Source: Promethearchaeota archaeon (GTDB lineage: Archaea; Asgardarchaeota; Lokiarchaeia; Sigyniarchaeales; SOKP01). From it: a DNA stretch of 64,000 nt. Below are positions 62,921-64,000 of this stretch, one piece after another; position 1 is the first letter of the stretch; every line of letters starts with the position of its first letter. The DNA lies in NCBI GenBank assembly GCA_019058445.1, contig JAHPZA010000006.1, forward strand, positions 448,001-512,000, given 5' to 3'. Position numbers and translations under genes: made by a program. Under the pieces are notes generated by a model. It saw nothing but the letters and a program-made list of their open reading frames with translations. It searched no databases and was not told where the DNA came from.

Positions 62921-63766
62921 GTGATTATGTCTAAAACCAAAGTTTATGTGATAAAGCGACAACCTAAAGAAACAAATCAAGAGGTTGTGCTTAGAACACT
63001 TAAAATGATATCAGTAAAGAACTATATTACTAATTCTGAGAATTCAATATTAATTAATCCAAACTGGGTGACTTCAGATCACTCGAGTACAGGCAATGTG
63101 ACATCGACCGATACTCTTGAAGGGATCGTCGTGTATTTAATTGAAGAGGCAAAAATAGTGCCGGAAAAAGTGATAGTAGCTGATGGGGGAAGTTATTCAA
63201 CTGATAAAACTATGAAAATAAACAACGTGTTCAAATTAGAACAATATGGCGTAAAAGTCGACAATTTAAACGATGATAAAATGATAAATGATATAAAAAT
63301 TCCTAATCATTTTGCCTTAAATTCCGTGAATATTGCTAAAACAGCTATGGATGCGTCCTGCATTATTTCTGTACCCTCTTTAAAAACCCATAATATGGCA
63401 AGAACCACACTCTCCATTAAAAATATGATGGGCACTATTTCACCGAAAGGAATTATGCATTCCAATCTTCATCAGAAAATTGCAGATTTAATATCAATTC
63501 TTCGTTCAAAAATGAAATTTCAACTAATTGATGGAATTATTGGCTCAAGAGGTTCAGAATTAGGCGGGAAACCCGTACAAATGGATTTAATTATTGCAGG
63601 AGTAGATCCGGTAGCTGTTGACAGAGTTGGAAGTGAAATTATTGGGTATAGTATAGAGAAAGTAAAATATCTCAAATTTTGTGAAAAAAAAGGGTTAGGG
63701 ACAGCAAATTTAGAGCATATTGAAGTAATTGGAAATTCCATTGAAGAGGTTTTTCATAAATTCTAA
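62921..63766 (+). CDS. DUF362 domain protein
   Basis: LINPN, SLKTH...TLSIKNMMG, DPVAVD. Confidence 0.85.
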   Translation: MIMSKTKVYVIKRQPKETNQEVVLRTLKMISVKNYITNSENSILINPNWVTSDHSSTGNVTSTDTLEGIVVYLIEEAKIVPEKVIVADGGSYSTDKTMKINNVFKLEQYGVKVDNLNDDKMINDIKIPNHFALNSVNIAKTAMDASCIISVPSLKTHNMARTTLSIKNMMGTISPKGIMHSNLHQKIADLISILRSKMKFQLIDGIIGSRGSELGGKPVQMDLIIAGVDPVAVDRVGSEIIGYSIEKVKYLKFCEKKGLGTANLEHIEVIGNSIEEVFHKF

Positions 63767-63886
63767 TGCCACTTTAAATAATCTTATCCTTTTAGAAATA
63801 TTTAAATTATTTCAACATGCTACTCAATAAAGGTTACCATTGACTAGTCTAATTATTTAAAAGGTTATATTCTTTAAAAAAAGGAA

Positions 63887-64000
63887 GTGGGATTTATAGA
63901 AAGTATTAAAATAGATGATAAAGTCTATCCGGTTTTACTGCGCTTGTTAAAAAACAAAACAGGAATCAATTTTGAATATTATCGAAAGAATTTTATTGAG
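63887..64000 (+). CDS. Probable CheR-type methyltransferase N-terminus (partial)
   Basis: GTG start; ...LLKNKTGINFEYYRKNFIE runs off the window and resembles the CheR N-terminal domain. Confidence 0.55.
   Translation, partial: MGFIESIKIDDKVYPVLLRLLKNKTGINFEYYRKNFIE

Overview
AT-rich archaeal chromosomal window, most consistent with an Asgard archaeon (Lokiarchaeia-like). The evidence is archaeal information genes (TFB, Gar1, PAN, DnaG, ArcS/RaSEA, the S19e-PDCD5-L39e-L31e-eIF6-LX-prefoldin-FtsY-SecE cluster) together with roadblock, longin/uDENN-like and LRR proteins and a UGA/Sec-type peroxiredoxin. Best candidate for a new system: an uncalled 42-aa peptide (1510-1638) with a short leader and three CKCGGDC repeats, directly upstream of an RRE-radical SAM-SPASM maturase, a small Cys protein and a flavodoxin, i.e. 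a putative archaeal RiPP locus. Its upstream region shares a 38-bp, 34/38-identical TCATAC-repeat element with the promoter of a Ni/Co ECF transporter (cbiM/nikM), which also carries a NikR-like palindrome; this suggests a metal-linked role. Other features missed by the ORF track: a ~310-nt structured C/D-box-like RNA candidate (29871-30180), a UPYC selenoprotein, tRNA-Gly(TCC) with a BHB intron at 53/54, ATT starts for TFB and CbiO, rpl39e, and a soluble LRR-TIR protein. All calls come from reading the sequence; no database searches were run.
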